From: an uncultured Gemmatimonadales bacterium
Lineage (GTDB): Bacteria > Gemmatimonadota > Gemmatimonadetes > Longimicrobiales > Longimicrobiaceae
Length of the DNA stretch: 64,000 bases
Direction: 5' to 3'
NCBI GenBank assembly: GCA_963716255.1
Contig: OY970303.1
Span: 1,856,001 to 1,920,000, forward strand
The translations under genes were made by a program, and so were the position numbers. Shown in pieces: positions 39,410 to 54,268 of this stretch (positions are counted from its first letter, which is position 1; each line of letters begins with the position of its first letter). The notes under the pieces were generated by a model. It worked only from the letters and a program-made list of their open reading frames with translations, had not been told where the DNA came from and ran no database searches.

Positions 39410-40117
39410 ATGACCGAGACGCGCAGAGGCTTCTCCAGGCTCCGCCACGACCACCCGGTGTTCTTCTGGGGGATGGCGACGCTGATGACGCTCTTCCTGG
39501 CCGCCACCGGCGTGGTGGCGTCGCGGATCCCTCGCTACCAGCAGGAAGCGGAAGCGCTGAACCGGCAGATGAGCGCGGCCGAGCGGGCCACGCGCGACCA
39601 GGTCCTCCAGTCGCGGGCGGCGCGCTCGGAGATGGCCGTGGCGCTGCTGCGGCGGGAGCTGCGCATCAAGGGCCAGGAGCAGACGGGGATCCACCTGGCG
39701 GTGAACACCGAGAAGAGCACGCTGGCGCTGCGCCACGGCCGCGCGACGCTGCGGGAGGTGCCGGTGCGGATCGGGCCCGACTCCGTGGTGCGCGCGCCCG
39801 ACGGACGCGCCTGGCGCTTCGTCCGCGCGCTCGGCGAGCGGACGATCCGCGACAAGCAGGTGTCGCCGGTGTACACGGTGCCGGAGTGGGTGTACGTGAG
39901 CCGCGGCCAGACCGTGCCGCCGGAGGCGCAGCGGCAGGTGGAGGGCGGGCTGGGCGAGTACGTGCTCCGGCTGGACGACGGCACCGAGATCTACAGTGAG
40001 CCGGAGGCGGGACCGCTGGCGCAGGGCGTGAAGCCGGCCGCGTTCATGGTACGCGAGGGCGACATGCGCGCCATCTTCGACGCCGTCCGGGAGGACACCC
40101 CCGTCTTCATCTACTAG
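39410..40117 (+). CDS. Membrane-anchored L,D-transpeptidase-like protein lacking catalytic His/Cys
   Basis: TM plus coiled coil plus YkuD-like strands (PVYTVPEWVY, LGEYVLRL, TPVFIY); no Cys in the protein. Confidence 0.75.
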   Translation: MTETRRGFSRLRHDHPVFFWGMATLMTLFLAATGVVASRIPRYQQEAEALNRQMSAAERATRDQVLQSRAARSEMAVALLRRELRIKGQEQTGIHLAVNTEKSTLALRHGRATLREVPVRIGPDSVVRAPDGRAWRFVRALGERTIRDKQVSPVYTVPEWVYVSRGQTVPPEAQRQVEGGLGEYVLRLDDGTEIYSEPEAGPLAQGVKPAAFMVREGDMRAIFDAVREDTPVFIY

Positions 40118-40133
40118 CGGCGAGGAGCACCCG

Positions 40134-40985
40134 ATGGACGAACGGACCACCCGCGCGGGCACCCCCGAGCGGCGGAACTACACCCCGCCCGGGCGCCTGC
40201 GCCGCATCTTCTTCGAGAACCGCGGCGTCACGCTGGCGCTTCTCGGCGGCGTCGCCCTGCTGGCCGTGCTGTTCGTGGCGGCCACCGCCTGGGCGGTCAA
40301 CGAGCGCTACGTGCGCGACGTGGCCAGGATCGCCTACGCGCACGACATGCGCTCGCTGGAGTTCCTCGCCGAGCAGGAGCAGCGGAGCGCGGAGGAGATC
40401 GCCGGGAAGGCGCGCGAGCTGGAGGAGAAAGAGGCCGAGCTGGTACCCTCCGACAACCCGTACCTCGTGGTCTCCATCGCGGAGCGCAGGGTCAGCTACA
40501 TCCAGGGCGACGACACGCTTTTTGCCGCGCCGGTGGCCGTGGGGTCCGGGAAGACGCTGGTGCTGGGCGGGACCACCAAGCGCTTCCAGACCCCGCGCGG
40601 CAAGATGGAGATCACGCACAAGGAGCTGGACCCGGTGTGGGTGCCGCCCAACTGGCACTACGTGGAGGTCGCCCGCAGGCGCGGCCTGCGCCTGGTGGAC
40701 ATGAGCAACGCCTCGCCGGACGCGCTCGCCGGCTTCCCGGAAGGCCGCGAGCCCATCCGCGGCGGCACCATCTACATCCCGCCCTGGGGGAGCCCGCAGC
40801 GCAAGCACAAGGGCGTCCTGGGCGTCGCCAAGCTGGAGATGTACGACGGCTACTACTTCCACGGCACCGACAACGAAGCGTCCGTCGGCACCGCCGCCAG
40901 CCACGGCTGCATCCGCATGCGCAAGGACGACATCCTGTGGATGTACGACAACGTGCCCGTGGGCACGCAGGTGTACATCTACTAG
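40134..40985 (+). CDS. L,D-transpeptidase (YkuD family)
   Basis: TPRG, PVWVPPNW, FHGT...SHGCIRM, VPVGTQVYIY. Confidence 0.92.
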   Translation: MDERTTRAGTPERRNYTPPGRLRRIFFENRGVTLALLGGVALLAVLFVAATAWAVNERYVRDVARIAYAHDMRSLEFLAEQEQRSAEEIAGKARELEEKEAELVPSDNPYLVVSIAERRVSYIQGDDTLFAAPVAVGSGKTLVLGGTTKRFQTPRGKMEITHKELDPVWVPPNWHYVEVARRRGLRLVDMSNASPDALAGFPEGREPIRGGTIYIPPWGSPQRKHKGVLGVAKLEMYDGYYFHGTDNEASVGTAASHGCIRMRKDDILWMYDNVPVGTQVYIY

Positions 40986-41209
40986 GGAACAGGGAACAGC
41001 CTGCGAAGGAACGGCGCCCCACCCCGAGAATCCGGGGTGGGGCGCCGTTCGCAGTTCCGCGGTACCCATCAGATCTTCTGCGGAGGGAGACTCGCCGGCA
41101 GTTTGGCGAGGCTCCCGCAGCCGGAGCGGAGACAGCGAGGCCGTTTCCGCTGGCTCCGCGACCCGCGCAGGAGACGGACGGCAGTATCGTCCGGCTCCGG
41201 AGCGGCCCC
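40985..41209 (+). repeat. Structured repeat family C, copy 2
   Basis: GGGAACAGGGAACAGCCTGC, hairpin GAACGGCGCCCCACCCCG/CGGGGTGGGGCGCCGTTC, three GAGAC..GGCTC hairpins. Confidence 0.9.
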
Positions 41210-41226
41210 GACGCAGCGCAAAAAAG

Positions 41227-41538
41227 CTACGCGTCCGGCAACCGGATCTCCGGCTTCTGCGGGTGCGCACGGTAAAGCACGGCGGTGCGCCCGATGGTCT
41301 GTACCAGGTGCGCACCCTCCACGCGCGCGGCCAGCTCCGCCCCCGCCTCGCGCACGTCGAGCGGAGCGGCCTCCTGCACCTTGACCTTGAGCAGCTCGCG
41401 GGTGTTGAAGGCGTCCTCCACCGACTGGACCGCCGCCTCCGTCACGCCTTCCTTGCCGACGTGGTGGATCGGCTTCAGGTGGTGCGCGAGCGACCTGAGG
41501 TGGGCGCGCTGCTTGGGTGTTAGGCTCTCGGTTGCGAT
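41227..41538 (-). CDS. yhbY: YhbY (CRM-domain) RNA-binding protein; probable non-canonical ATC start
   Basis: LTPKQRAHLRSLAHHLKP..VGKEG, ELLKVKV, VQTIGRTAVLYR; homology extends upstream of the first GTG (41445). Confidence 0.85.
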   Translation of the reverse strand: MATESLTPKQRAHLRSLAHHLKPIHHVGKEGVTEAAVQSVEDAFNTRELLKVKVQEAAPLDVREAGAELAARVEGAHLVQTIGRTAVLYRAHPQKPEIRLPDA

Positions 41539-41545
41539 GGTGCCC

Positions 41546-43039
41546 TCACTCGCTTCGGGGTGAATCCGCTGCTGCGTCGTTCTCCGTCTCGCCGGCGGCC
41601 GCCCGGCCCCACGCCGCCACCACGCGGTTCCGGCCCTGCGTCTTGGCCCGGTACAGCGCGCGGTCCGCGGCGCGCAGCAGGTCCGCAGCCGTTTCGCCGT
41701 CCTCCGGGAAGGCCGCCACTCCCAGGCTGGCGGTCATCTGCCGCGGGGCCTCGGCGGAGGGAGCCAGCGACTCGATGGTCTGGCGCAGGCGCTCCGCCAG
41801 CTTCATCGTCTCGTCCTTGGGCGTCTCCGGGAAGATCAGGGCGAACTCCTCGCCGCCGTATCGGCACGCGCTGTCCGTGGTGCGGAAGGCGTGCCGCACC
41901 GTCCGCCCGATGCGCTGCAGCGCGTGGTCCCCGGCCTCGTGCCCGAAGTCGTCGTTGACCCGCTTGAAGTGGTCGATGTCCAGCAGGATCACGCACATGG
42001 GCCGGCCGTAGCGCTGCGCCCGCGACAGCTCCACGGTGAGGATCTCGTCGAACCCCCGGCGGTTGTGGCAGCCCGTGAGCGGGTCGATGGTGGCCTGCGC
42101 GCGCAGGCGGTCCAGGAGGTCGGCGTTGCGCAGCGCCACCGCGGACGAGTCCGCCAGGGCGCGCAGCAGCGCCAGGTCGTGCGGCTCGTACGGCGCTTCG
42201 GTCATGCGGCGGCCCAGGATCAACAGCCCCGCCTGGCCCTCGGCGATTTCCAGCGGCGCGATCACCGCCACCTCCGCGGGCACGTGGTCGCGGATCTCCG
42301 CGTCCCCGGGCGGGACCGCCGGCGGGCTCCCCGGCGGGGCGATCGCGTTCACGACCCGGGCGGGGACGGCGTACGCCACCGATTCGCCCCGGAGCGAGCG
42401 CACCGCGCGGCAGATGTACTCGCTCCCCTCGGAGCGGTAGAGCGCGGCCCACCAGGCGAAGAACACCTCGCCCACCGAGTCCAGCACCAGGCGCTCCGTC
42501 TCGTCGGTGCCGCGGACCACCGCCAGCGTGCGCGCCACCTGCTGGAGCGCCGCCAGGTGGAAGCGCAGCTGGTCCAGCTCGGCGGCCTGGGCGGCGCGCT
42601 CCTCCTGCACCCGCCAGACGCGCGTGAGGTGCTCCGCGAGCGCGTCCCGCAGCTCCGCGCCCAGCTCCATGCCCTGGGCCAGCCACAGCTCCCCGCCCCC
42701 GTCCGGCGCGGGAAAGCGCAGCGCCGGCACCAGCCCCGCGGGGGCGTCGCCCACCGCGAGCGGAACGGGGTGCGCGGGCGCCGTGATCCGCGCGGGGCCA
42801 CCCACCAGGTCGCGCACCGCGGACACGCACGCGCCGACCAGCTGGTCCGCCGTCCCCGAAAGCGGGACGGCGGCGAACGCCCGCGCCACCGCCCCCTCCA
42901 GCTGGCCGGGGGCGGTGTGGGTCAGGACGACCCGCGGGGCGGGCGGACGATGGTCGGGGCGATCCGGCACGAGCGGTCGTGGAAAGAGAGCAGGGGGTTC
43001 ACCGGAATCCGGCTCACCACCGGCGGGACGGGCGCCCAC
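41546..43039 (-). CDS. GAF-sensor diguanylate cyclase
   Basis: DPLTGCHNRR, DIDHFKRVNDDFGHEAGD, RTTD I-site, RYGGEEF; start uncertain. Confidence 0.9.
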   Translation of the reverse strand: MGARPAGGEPDSGEPPALFPRPLVPDRPDHRPPAPRVVLTHTAPGQLEGAVARAFAAVPLSGTADQLVGACVSAVRDLVGGPARITAPAHPVPLAVGDAPAGLVPALRFPAPDGGGELWLAQGMELGAELRDALAEHLTRVWRVQEERAAQAAELDQLRFHLAALQQVARTLAVVRGTDETERLVLDSVGEVFFAWWAALYRSEGSEYICRAVRSLRGESVAYAVPARVVNAIAPPGSPPAVPPGDAEIRDHVPAEVAVIAPLEIAEGQAGLLILGRRMTEAPYEPHDLALLRALADSSAVALRNADLLDRLRAQATIDPLTGCHNRRGFDEILTVELSRAQRYGRPMCVILLDIDHFKRVNDDFGHEAGDHALQRIGRTVRHAFRTTDSACRYGGEEFALIFPETPKDETMKLAERLRQTIESLAPSAEAPRQMTASLGVAAFPEDGETAADLLRAADRALYRAKTQGRNRVVAAWGRAAAGETENDAAADSPRSE

Positions 43040-43057
43040 GATGGTGGCGCCGCGGGA

Positions 43058-44167
43058 TCAGTCGCCGAACGAGATCCCGAGCTGACGGGCGGTCACGATG
43101 CGATCGTTGTCGAGCGGCACGCGCTTGATCGCGGAGACCGCGTCCTTGAGCGGGACGGCGCGGATCACGTCGCCCTGGAGCGCCACCATGGTGCCCAGGT
43201 TGCCGTCGTGGATGCAGCGGACCGCCGCCGCCCCGAAGCGGAGCGACAGGTTGCGATCGTAGGCGATGGGCGACCCGCCGCGCTGGATGTGCCCCAGCAC
43301 CATGGAGCGCGTCTCCTTGCCGGTGGACGCCGCGATCTCCTCCGCGATGCGGTCCGCGATGCCACCGTACCGCCCCGACGGGTCGGCGTAGCTGGGGGTG
43401 CCGCCCGCGGCGTGCGCCCCCTCGGCCACCACCACGATGCTGAAGCGGCGGCCGTGCGCGTCCCGCTCCCGCACCTTGTCGGCGATGCGGTCCACCGAGT
43501 AGGGGATCTCCGGGATCAGGATCACGTCCGCCCCGCCCGCGAGCCCCGACTCCAGGGCGATCCACCCGGTGTGGCGCCCCATCACCTGGACCACCATCGC
43601 CCGCTGGTGCGCCTCCGCCGTGGAGTGCAGCCGGCCGATGGCGTCGGTGGCCACCTCCACCGCGGTGAAGAACCCGAAGGTGACGTCGGTGGCGCGAAGG
43701 TCGTTGTCGATGGTCTTTGGGACGCCGATCACCGGCAGCCCCTTCTCGTACAGGGCGTGCGCGATGTTCAGCGAGCCGTCCCCCCCGATGGCGATCAGCG
43801 CGTCGATCTCCAGCTCCCGGAAGCGGCGGACGATCTCGTCGGAGCGGTCCACGGTGCCCCAGGTGCCGTCCGGCTGCCGGACATCCAGGCCGAACGGGTT
43901 GCCGCGGGTGGTGGTCCCCAGGATGGTGCCGCCCAGGTGCGTGATCCCGCGCACCGAGTGCGCGGTCAGCGGGAACACCCCGGGCTCGCCGTCCACCTCG
44001 CCCTCCAGCAGGCCGGTGTAGCCGCGCCGGATCCCCAGCACCTCCCACCCGTTGCTGAGGGCCGCCAGCGTGGCGGCCCGGATCACCGCGTTGAGGCCGG
44101 GAGCGTCGCCGCCGCCCGTGTTGATCGCGATCCTGCGGACCCGGGCGGGCGTAGTCTCGGAAGTCAT
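43058..44167 (-). CDS. pfkA: 6-phosphofructokinase (clade III-like)
   Basis: TGGGDAPGLNAVIR, GGDGS, PKTIDND, MGRHTG, LGHIQRGG. Confidence 0.95.
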   Translation of the reverse strand: MTSETTPARVRRIAINTGGGDAPGLNAVIRAATLAALSNGWEVLGIRRGYTGLLEGEVDGEPGVFPLTAHSVRGITHLGGTILGTTTRGNPFGLDVRQPDGTWGTVDRSDEIVRRFRELEIDALIAIGGDGSLNIAHALYEKGLPVIGVPKTIDNDLRATDVTFGFFTAVEVATDAIGRLHSTAEAHQRAMVVQVMGRHTGWIALESGLAGGADVILIPEIPYSVDRIADKVRERDAHGRRFSIVVVAEGAHAAGGTPSYADPSGRYGGIADRIAEEIAASTGKETRSMVLGHIQRGGSPIAYDRNLSLRFGAAAVRCIHDGNLGTMVALQGDVIRAVPLKDAVSAIKRVPLDNDRIVTARQLGISFGD

Positions 44168-44313
44168 TCTCGCTGATACCGCCGTTCGGAACGAAGCAGC
44201 TCCGGGCACCCGCACGGAGCGAATCGGGACACGGGCCCGTCGTGGCAACCCCCGTACCGTCGCGGGAGAAAGGTACGCCGCACGGCGGGATCGGCAAGGG
44301 CGCGCGGTCGAGG

Positions 44314-44342
44314 TTGACGGCGCCGCCACGGTCGGGTATCGT
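44314..44342 (+). promoter_or_regulatory. sigma70-type promoter for the DUF59 gene
   Basis: TTGACG-N17-TATCGT. Confidence 0.65.
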
Positions 44343-44390
44343 CCACCTTCGCTGGTGGGCTCAGGCAGGCGCTAACGCATGGGGATCCCG

Positions 44391-44687
44391 ATGGTTACCG
44401 AAGCAGCGGTCAAGAAAGCGCTCCGCGGGGTCAAGGACCCCGAGATGAAGCTGGACCTGGTCGTACTGGGGCTGATCTACGACATCAAAGTGAACGGCTC
44501 CCACGTGGACGTCACCATGTCGCTCACCTCCCCCGGGTGCCCCGTGGCGGGCCAGATCCTGGACCAGGCACGCGAAGCGGTGGAGAAGGTGGAGGGAGTG
44601 GAAAGCGCGGACGTGGAGCTCACCTTCAGCCCGCCGTGGACCGCGGAGCGCATCCCCGCCACGATCCGGGCCGCTCTGGGGCTCTGA
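44391..44687 (+). CDS. Metal-sulfur cluster assembly factor (DUF59/SufT-like)
   Basis: VKDPE..LGLIYDI, TSPGCP, PPWT; start 44379 or 44391. Confidence 0.92.
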   Translation: MVTEAAVKKALRGVKDPEMKLDLVVLGLIYDIKVNGSHVDVTMSLTSPGCPVAGQILDQAREAVEKVEGVESADVELTFSPPWTAERIPATIRAALGL

Positions 44688-44739
44688 GGGATACCGGACG
44701 GCCGGCAGCGGCGGCGCTGCGACGGTTCCGGAAAAAACG

Positions 44740-44775
44740 AAAGGGGAGGGCGCCGGCCGGCGCCCTCCCCTTTTG
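44740..44775. terminator. Bidirectional intrinsic terminator
   Basis: AAAGGGGAGGGCGCCG/CGGCGCCCTCCCCTTTT between convergent genes. Confidence 0.8.
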
Positions 44776-44796
44776 CGTTCAGCTCGCCGACCGGGA

Positions 44797-45285
44797 CTAC
44801 TCGGTGACGTTGAGCTTGCCCTTCATCCCCATCATCGAGTGGGGATCGCACTGGAAGTTGTAGCTCCCCGCGTCCATGGTCACCTGCACGTCCACGCTCT
44901 GCCCCGCGGCGGTGACGTACGGGCTCGCGCCCGGCAGGTTGGAGGCGCTGGCGTTCTCGGCGGCCGGGAAGGAAACGTTGTGGGCGGACCCGCCGTCGCT
45001 CACGAAGCGGACCACGTCACCCTTCTTCACGTTGATCTCGGCCGGCTCGAAGACGCCCGACGCGCCGTTGTTGGTGCTGACCATCTTCACCTCGACCACG
45101 TTCCCCTGTGCCGCGGGAGCCGCCGGCTCAGCAGCGGGAGCGGTGGCCTCGGCCGCCGGAGCCGCGCTCGCGGCGGCGTCGGTGCCCTCGGACGCGGGAG
45201 CGTCGGAGCCGCCGCAGGCGGCGGCGAACGCCAGCATCCCGAACACCGGCACCTGGACGAAGAAGCTGCGCTTGAAAATCGACAT
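44797..45285 (-). CDS. Plastocyanin/azurin-family blue copper lipoprotein
   Basis: Lipobox AAAC, Ala/Pro linker, HNV and CDPHSMMGM type-1 copper ligands. Confidence 0.9.
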   Translation of the reverse strand: MSIFKRSFFVQVPVFGMLAFAAACGGSDAPASEGTDAAASAAPAAEATAPAAEPAAPAAQGNVVEVKMVSTNNGASGVFEPAEINVKKGDVVRFVSDGGSAHNVSFPAAENASASNLPGASPYVTAAGQSVDVQVTMDAGSYNFQCDPHSMMGMKGKLNVTE

Positions 45286-45510
45286 TCCCGTCTCCTGGAT
45301 CATTGACGTTGGCTCCCCAGGCATCCCTGAGGTCCATGTAATCTAAAGACTTTCCAGAAACAGGCAGTCGGGAGTTCGTGGAAGGTTTTCGGTAGATTTC
45401 CTGACGGGGCGGGGAGCGTCCATGTAGGGGATTTCCCCACGAGCCTGTCTCGTCCCCGAACGAGCAGAGCCCCCCGATCCGTGATAGGATCGAGGGGCTC
45501 TGAAGAACAG

Positions 45511-45628
45511 GGCTGGCAGCGCCGTACTCTCCCACCGGGTGGCCCCGGCAGTACCATCCGCGCAGTGGGTCTTAACTTCCGAGTTCGAGATGGGATCGGG
45601 TGTATCCCCCACGCCATCGCCACCAGCC
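45511..45628 (-). rRNA. rrf: 5S ribosomal RNA
   Basis: CCCGATCCCATCTCGAACTCGGAAGTTAAG core; paired ends; ends approximate. Confidence 0.95.
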
Positions 45629-45763
45629 GCACCGGCTGCGGACCCCAAGGTCCGCGGTGCCTCGCACGGGATCGCTCCCGCGCTACAGAAATCAGGGGAA
45701 GAGAATGGGAGCAGCAAGTACTTCGAAAGAGCTTTGACGATGCGCCGGTCCTGCCTATCGACC

Positions 45764-48758
<2,995 letters not shown>

Positions 48759-48946
48759 GGATAGTCTACGTATCCGAAGACACGTGCTCCCGGCCCACCG
48801 CCAAAGGTGCTCTTTCTCAGCCTTTGCTACTCCCTATTCCCTTCACCCGGATTGTCAACCAATTCAAGCTTCGGGGGAGGTGCGAATACCATGTGCGCTC
48901 GACTTGCGAGTGCCTTTCTGCCCCGAAGGACTTACTCGGCTTCTCT

Positions 48947-50500
<1,554 letters not shown>

Positions 50501-50731
50501 AGACTTCGATTTAGCTCGTTCGAACACGTTTCCGTGTCCGGAACTCTTTCACGTTTTTAATCCCATTGGAGAAAAGGACGTGGTGCCTTCCCTCCGGGGC
50601 GCACACTTCTTCGCACTCCCCCAAAACCCGAATTGTCAAAACAAACGCGAGCCCATGACTCGCTTCAGGACGACCCAGCCAGTTTCACCCGGCTCGTCGT
50701 GATCGCTCGCCCACCTTCCGGCGAGCCCTCC

Positions 50732-51017
50732 AAGCTAACTCCGCACTCCCCGCCCGTCAACCCCTCGCCGAAACTTCTTTTTCCATCTTCCGCCCAACCG
50801 TGCCGTCGATCAAACTCCCGAAACTAAGCTACTTAGACCGGATCGCCAATGCGTCATCGCGACGTTTTCGCCGCATCGGGACTGCCCTGCATCCGTCCGA
50901 AGAGGAGCCCGAAAGAATAAACCTCTTCGGTTACCCCGTCAACCCCCCGCTGGTCGGCGTTACCCGCCTGTTTTCGCGGAGGGCACATATGATACACGGC
51001 TTCCGAAGAATCGTCAA
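50732..51017 (-). promoter_or_regulatory. Three tandem sigma70 promoters of the rRNA operon
   Basis: TTGACG-N17-TATCAT (51017-50989), TTGACG-N17-TATTCT (50942-50914), TTGACG-N17-TAGCTT (50760-50732). Confidence 0.8.
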
Positions 51018-51135
51018 GAGTTTCATGCACAGTCCGATTTTTGCTCCCGCCCGTGCGGCTCCAAGAGTTATCGCGTAGTTTCGAGCCGCTGAGGGGAGGC
51101 GGGCGCTGCCATACTGAATCGAACGGGGGAGGCGA

Positions 51136-52416
51136 GTGGCGGATCGGTCCGGAGCGGAAAGGAAGCGGGATCTGCCGGTGGTGGTGATCGGCGCGGGCGC
51201 TGCCGGCGTACTGGCCGCGATCTTCGCCGCGGGGGCCGGCGCGCGCGTGGTCTTGCTGGAGCGTACGCGGGACGGCGGTCGCAAGATCCTGATCAGCGGG
51301 GGAGGCCGCTGCAACGTGCTGCCCTCGGAGGTGGACCCGGCGCGCTACGTGACCGACTCGTCGCCGAACACGCTGCGGAAGCTGCTGCTGTCGTGGCCCC
51401 TGCAGGAGCAGCGACGCTTCTTCGAGGAGGAGGTGGGCCTCCGCCTGGCGCTGGAGCCTGAGACCGGGAAGCTGTTCCCGGAATCGAACCGGGCGCGCGA
51501 CGTGCGCGACGGGCTGCTGGCGCTGGCCCGGCGGCGCGGCGTGCGGACCGTGTTCGACACGGCCGTCGTGGGGCTCCGCCCGCCCGTGGACCGGAGCGCG
51601 TGGCGGGTGCTGCGGGAGGGCGGCGAGCCGATCGAGGCGGCTGCGGTGGTGATCGCGACGGGGGGTCTCTCCGTCCCGACGACCGGGAGCGACGGCACGG
51701 GGCTGCGCATGGTCCGGCAGCTGGGGCACACGCTCCACGACACCTATCCGGCGCTCACCCCGCTCACCGCCGACCCGCCGGCCCACGCTCCCCTCGCGGG
51801 GGTGTCCGGAGCGGTCGTGATCGAGGCCCCCACGGGGAAGTCACGATTCCGGACCGCCGGGGGCTTCCTCTTCACCCACCGGGGATACAGCGGACCGGCG
51901 GTTCTCAACGTTTCCCACCTGGCGGTGCGCTCCCGGATGGCCGGGGGGCCGCGGCAGCCGGTGCTGGTGCAGTGGGCGGAGCTGGACGCCGCGGGGTGGG
52001 AGCGCGCGCTCCTGGACAAGGCGCCGGGGACGGTGCTCGGCCTGCTGCGGCGCCACCTGACGACGCGGCTGGCGGACGCGCTCGCCGCGGAGGCGCGCGT
52101 GGAGCCGGGGCGCACGCTGGCCCAGCTCCGGCGGGACGAGCGCACCCGGCTGGTGGAGCTGCTGGCGCGCTATCCCCTCCCCTGGACGGGGGACGAGGGC
52201 TACAAGAAGGCGGAGGTCACCGGGGGCGGCGTCCCCCTGTCGGAGGTGGACCCACGGACGCTGGAGAGCCGCGTGGCGCCGGGACTCTTTTTGTGCGGGG
52301 AGATCCTGGACGCCTTCGGGCCGATCGGCGGATACAACTTCCTCTGGGCGTGGTCCACCGGCCGGCTGGCGGGCACGGGCGCCGCCGGGCTGGCAGCGAG
52401 CGGGAGCGACGAATGA
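51136..52416 (+). CDS. HI0933/BaiN-family flavoprotein
   Basis: [38 protein letters not shown]. Confidence 0.92.
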   Translation: MADRSGAERKRDLPVVVIGAGAAGVLAAIFAAGAGARVVLLERTRDGGRKILISGGGRCNVLPSEVDPARYVTDSSPNTLRKLLLSWPLQEQRRFFEEEVGLRLALEPETGKLFPESNRARDVRDGLLALARRRGVRTVFDTAVVGLRPPVDRSAWRVLREGGEPIEAAAVVIATGGLSVPTTGSDGTGLRMVRQLGHTLHDTYPALTPLTADPPAHAPLAGVSGAVVIEAPTGKSRFRTAGGFLFTHRGYSGPAVLNVSHLAVRSRMAGGPRQPVLVQWAELDAAGWERALLDKAPGTVLGLLRRHLTTRLADALAAEARVEPGRTLAQLRRDERTRLVELLARYPLPWTGDEGYKKAEVTGGGVPLSEVDPRTLESRVAPGLFLCGEILDAFGPIGGYNFLWAWSTGRLAGTGAAGLAASGSDE

Positions 52417-52886
52417 CGAACGGGGACGTGGAAGGGCTGCTGGAGGGCTTCCCGGTGGTGGTGGCGGTGCCGGTGCACTGGGGGGAGATGGACTATTTCC
52501 GGCACGTCAACAACACCGTCTTCTTCCGCTACTTCGAGAGCGCGCGGATCGCCTACCTGGACCGCATCGGCTTCCGCGAGGAGAGTACGGAGGGCGGCAT
52601 GGGTCCCATCCTGGCGTCCACGCACGCGCGCTTTCGGCGGCCCCTCACCTACCCGGACACGGTGCGGGTGGGCGCGCGCACCCTGGAGCTGGGGGCAGAC
52701 CGCTTCACCATGGAGTACCGGCTGGTGAGCGAGAGCCAGGTGGCGGTGGCGGCGGAGGGAGGAGGCGTGCTGGTGTCGTTCGACTACGCGTCCGGACGCA
52801 AGGGGCCGCTGCCCGAGGGGGTGCGGAGGGCGATCGAGCGGCTGGAGGCGGCGGGCAGCGTGGGCGTAGGAAAGGTGCGGGGCTGA
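52413..52886 (+). CDS. Acyl-CoA thioesterase (hotdog fold)
   Basis: [27 protein letters not shown] overlap. Confidence 0.9.
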   Translation: MTNGDVEGLLEGFPVVVAVPVHWGEMDYFRHVNNTVFFRYFESARIAYLDRIGFREESTEGGMGPILASTHARFRRPLTYPDTVRVGARTLELGADRFTMEYRLVSESQVAVAAEGGGVLVSFDYASGRKGPLPEGVRRAIERLEAAGSVGVGKVRG

Positions 52887-53041
52887 CACTGCCCCGGGGG
52901 CATACTCGTTGCGACCCGTTTACATCTAAAGTACCGGGATGGAAGAGGAGCCGAGCAGGGCCGGAGACGGGAGGCACGCGACTCGCGCCGCCACCGGGCT
53001 CGCGGCCGGTGGCGCGCAATCACCCGTACAGGAGGTCCAGA

Positions 53042-53638
53042 ATGGCGGTCAAGCTGGCGATCATCTACTACAGCACCTACGGCACCAACCACCAGATGGC
53101 GGAGGTGGCGGCCGAGGCGGCGCGCGAGGCGGGGGCGGAAGTGCGCCTCCGCAGGGTGCGAGAGACCGCACCCGACGAGGTCGTCCGGGCGCAGGAGGCT
53201 TGGTCGGCGCAGCGCGACCGCAGCGCGGACATCCCCGAGGCGACGCCGGACGACCTGGTGTGGGCGGACGCCTTCCTGTTCAGCGCTCCCACCCGCTACG
53301 GCGGAGCGGCCAGCCAGATGCGCTCGTTCATCGACACGCTGGGGCCGGTGTGGCAGCAGGGGCTGCTGGCCGACAAGTGCGTGAGCGCCATGACCAGCGC
53401 GCAGAACCCGCACGGCGGACAGGAGACCACGCTGCAGACGCTGTACTACACGTTCATGCACTGGGGTGCGATCCTGGTGCCGCCGGGATACACGGACGCG
53501 GTGATCTACGCCAGCGGCGGGAACCCGTACGGGGCGAGCGTCACGGCTACCGACAAGCCTCTCAGCGAGGAGTACCGGGCGACGATCCGGCACCAGGCGC
53601 GGCGGCTGGTGGAGGTGACGGGGCGCTTCATGCGCTGA
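53042..53638 (+). CDS. wrbA: NAD(P)H:quinone oxidoreductase, WrbA family
   Basis: [36 protein letters not shown]. Confidence 0.92.
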   Translation: MAVKLAIIYYSTYGTNHQMAEVAAEAAREAGAEVRLRRVRETAPDEVVRAQEAWSAQRDRSADIPEATPDDLVWADAFLFSAPTRYGGAASQMRSFIDTLGPVWQQGLLADKCVSAMTSAQNPHGGQETTLQTLYYTFMHWGAILVPPGYTDAVIYASGGNPYGASVTATDKPLSEEYRATIRHQARRLVEVTGRFMR

Positions 53639-53924
53639 CCGGCGGGGGTACCGGGAGCCCCACCGCGCGTCCGTGGGGTTCCCGGCGCCCCGTCTGCACC
53701 CGCATCATCCAGGGGGGGTGTCAGGAATTTCCCGACACACCCATCGACCCTCGTCCCAGTTGTCCAAATCCTTTTCCAGCGCTATCTTGAATGCGCTCCG
53801 CGGAGCGCCGCGGGATCTCGAGGCGGCACAATCCGGTTGGATACGAGTACGATGACGCTCCCGCGGGCCAGGTAGCCGTCCACTCCGCCCCGGCCACATC
53901 CGACTTTCGACGCAAGGAGGCACC

Positions 53925-54161
53925 ATGCCATTCGGTCTCGGGATGACGGAGACGCTCCTGATCTTCGCCGTGCTGCTGCTCTTCTTCGGCGCCAAGCGCC
54001 TGCCGGAGCTCGCGGGCGGCCTGGGCAAGGGGATCCGCGACTTCAAGCGGTCGCTGAACGGGCTGGACGAGCAGTCGCTCCAGGCGAACCAGATCCAGCC
54101 GATGCAGCCGCCCGCGCAGGTGCAGGCCGCGGCCGCCGCCGAGGAGGCCAAGCTCTCCTGA
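53925..54161 (+). CDS. tatA: Twin-arginine translocase TatA/E subunit
   Basis: LLFFGAKRLPELAGGLGKGIRDFK; RBS AAGGAGG. Confidence 0.93.
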   Translation: MPFGLGMTETLLIFAVLLLFFGAKRLPELAGGLGKGIRDFKRSLNGLDEQSLQANQIQPMQPPAQVQAAAAAEEAKLS

Positions 54162-54206
54162 GCCTGGCGCCGGACTGCGTAAACGCTGGAACGACACGCA
54201 GAAACG

Positions 54207-54241
54207 AAGGGGCCCGCGGCGCGATGCCGCGGGCCCTTTTT
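54207..54241 (+). terminator. Intrinsic terminator after tatA
   Basis: GGGCCCGCGGC/GCCGCGGGCCC stem followed by a T-tract. Confidence 0.75.
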
Positions 54242-54268
54242 GCGTCCGGTGGAGCCGCGGGCTGCCGA

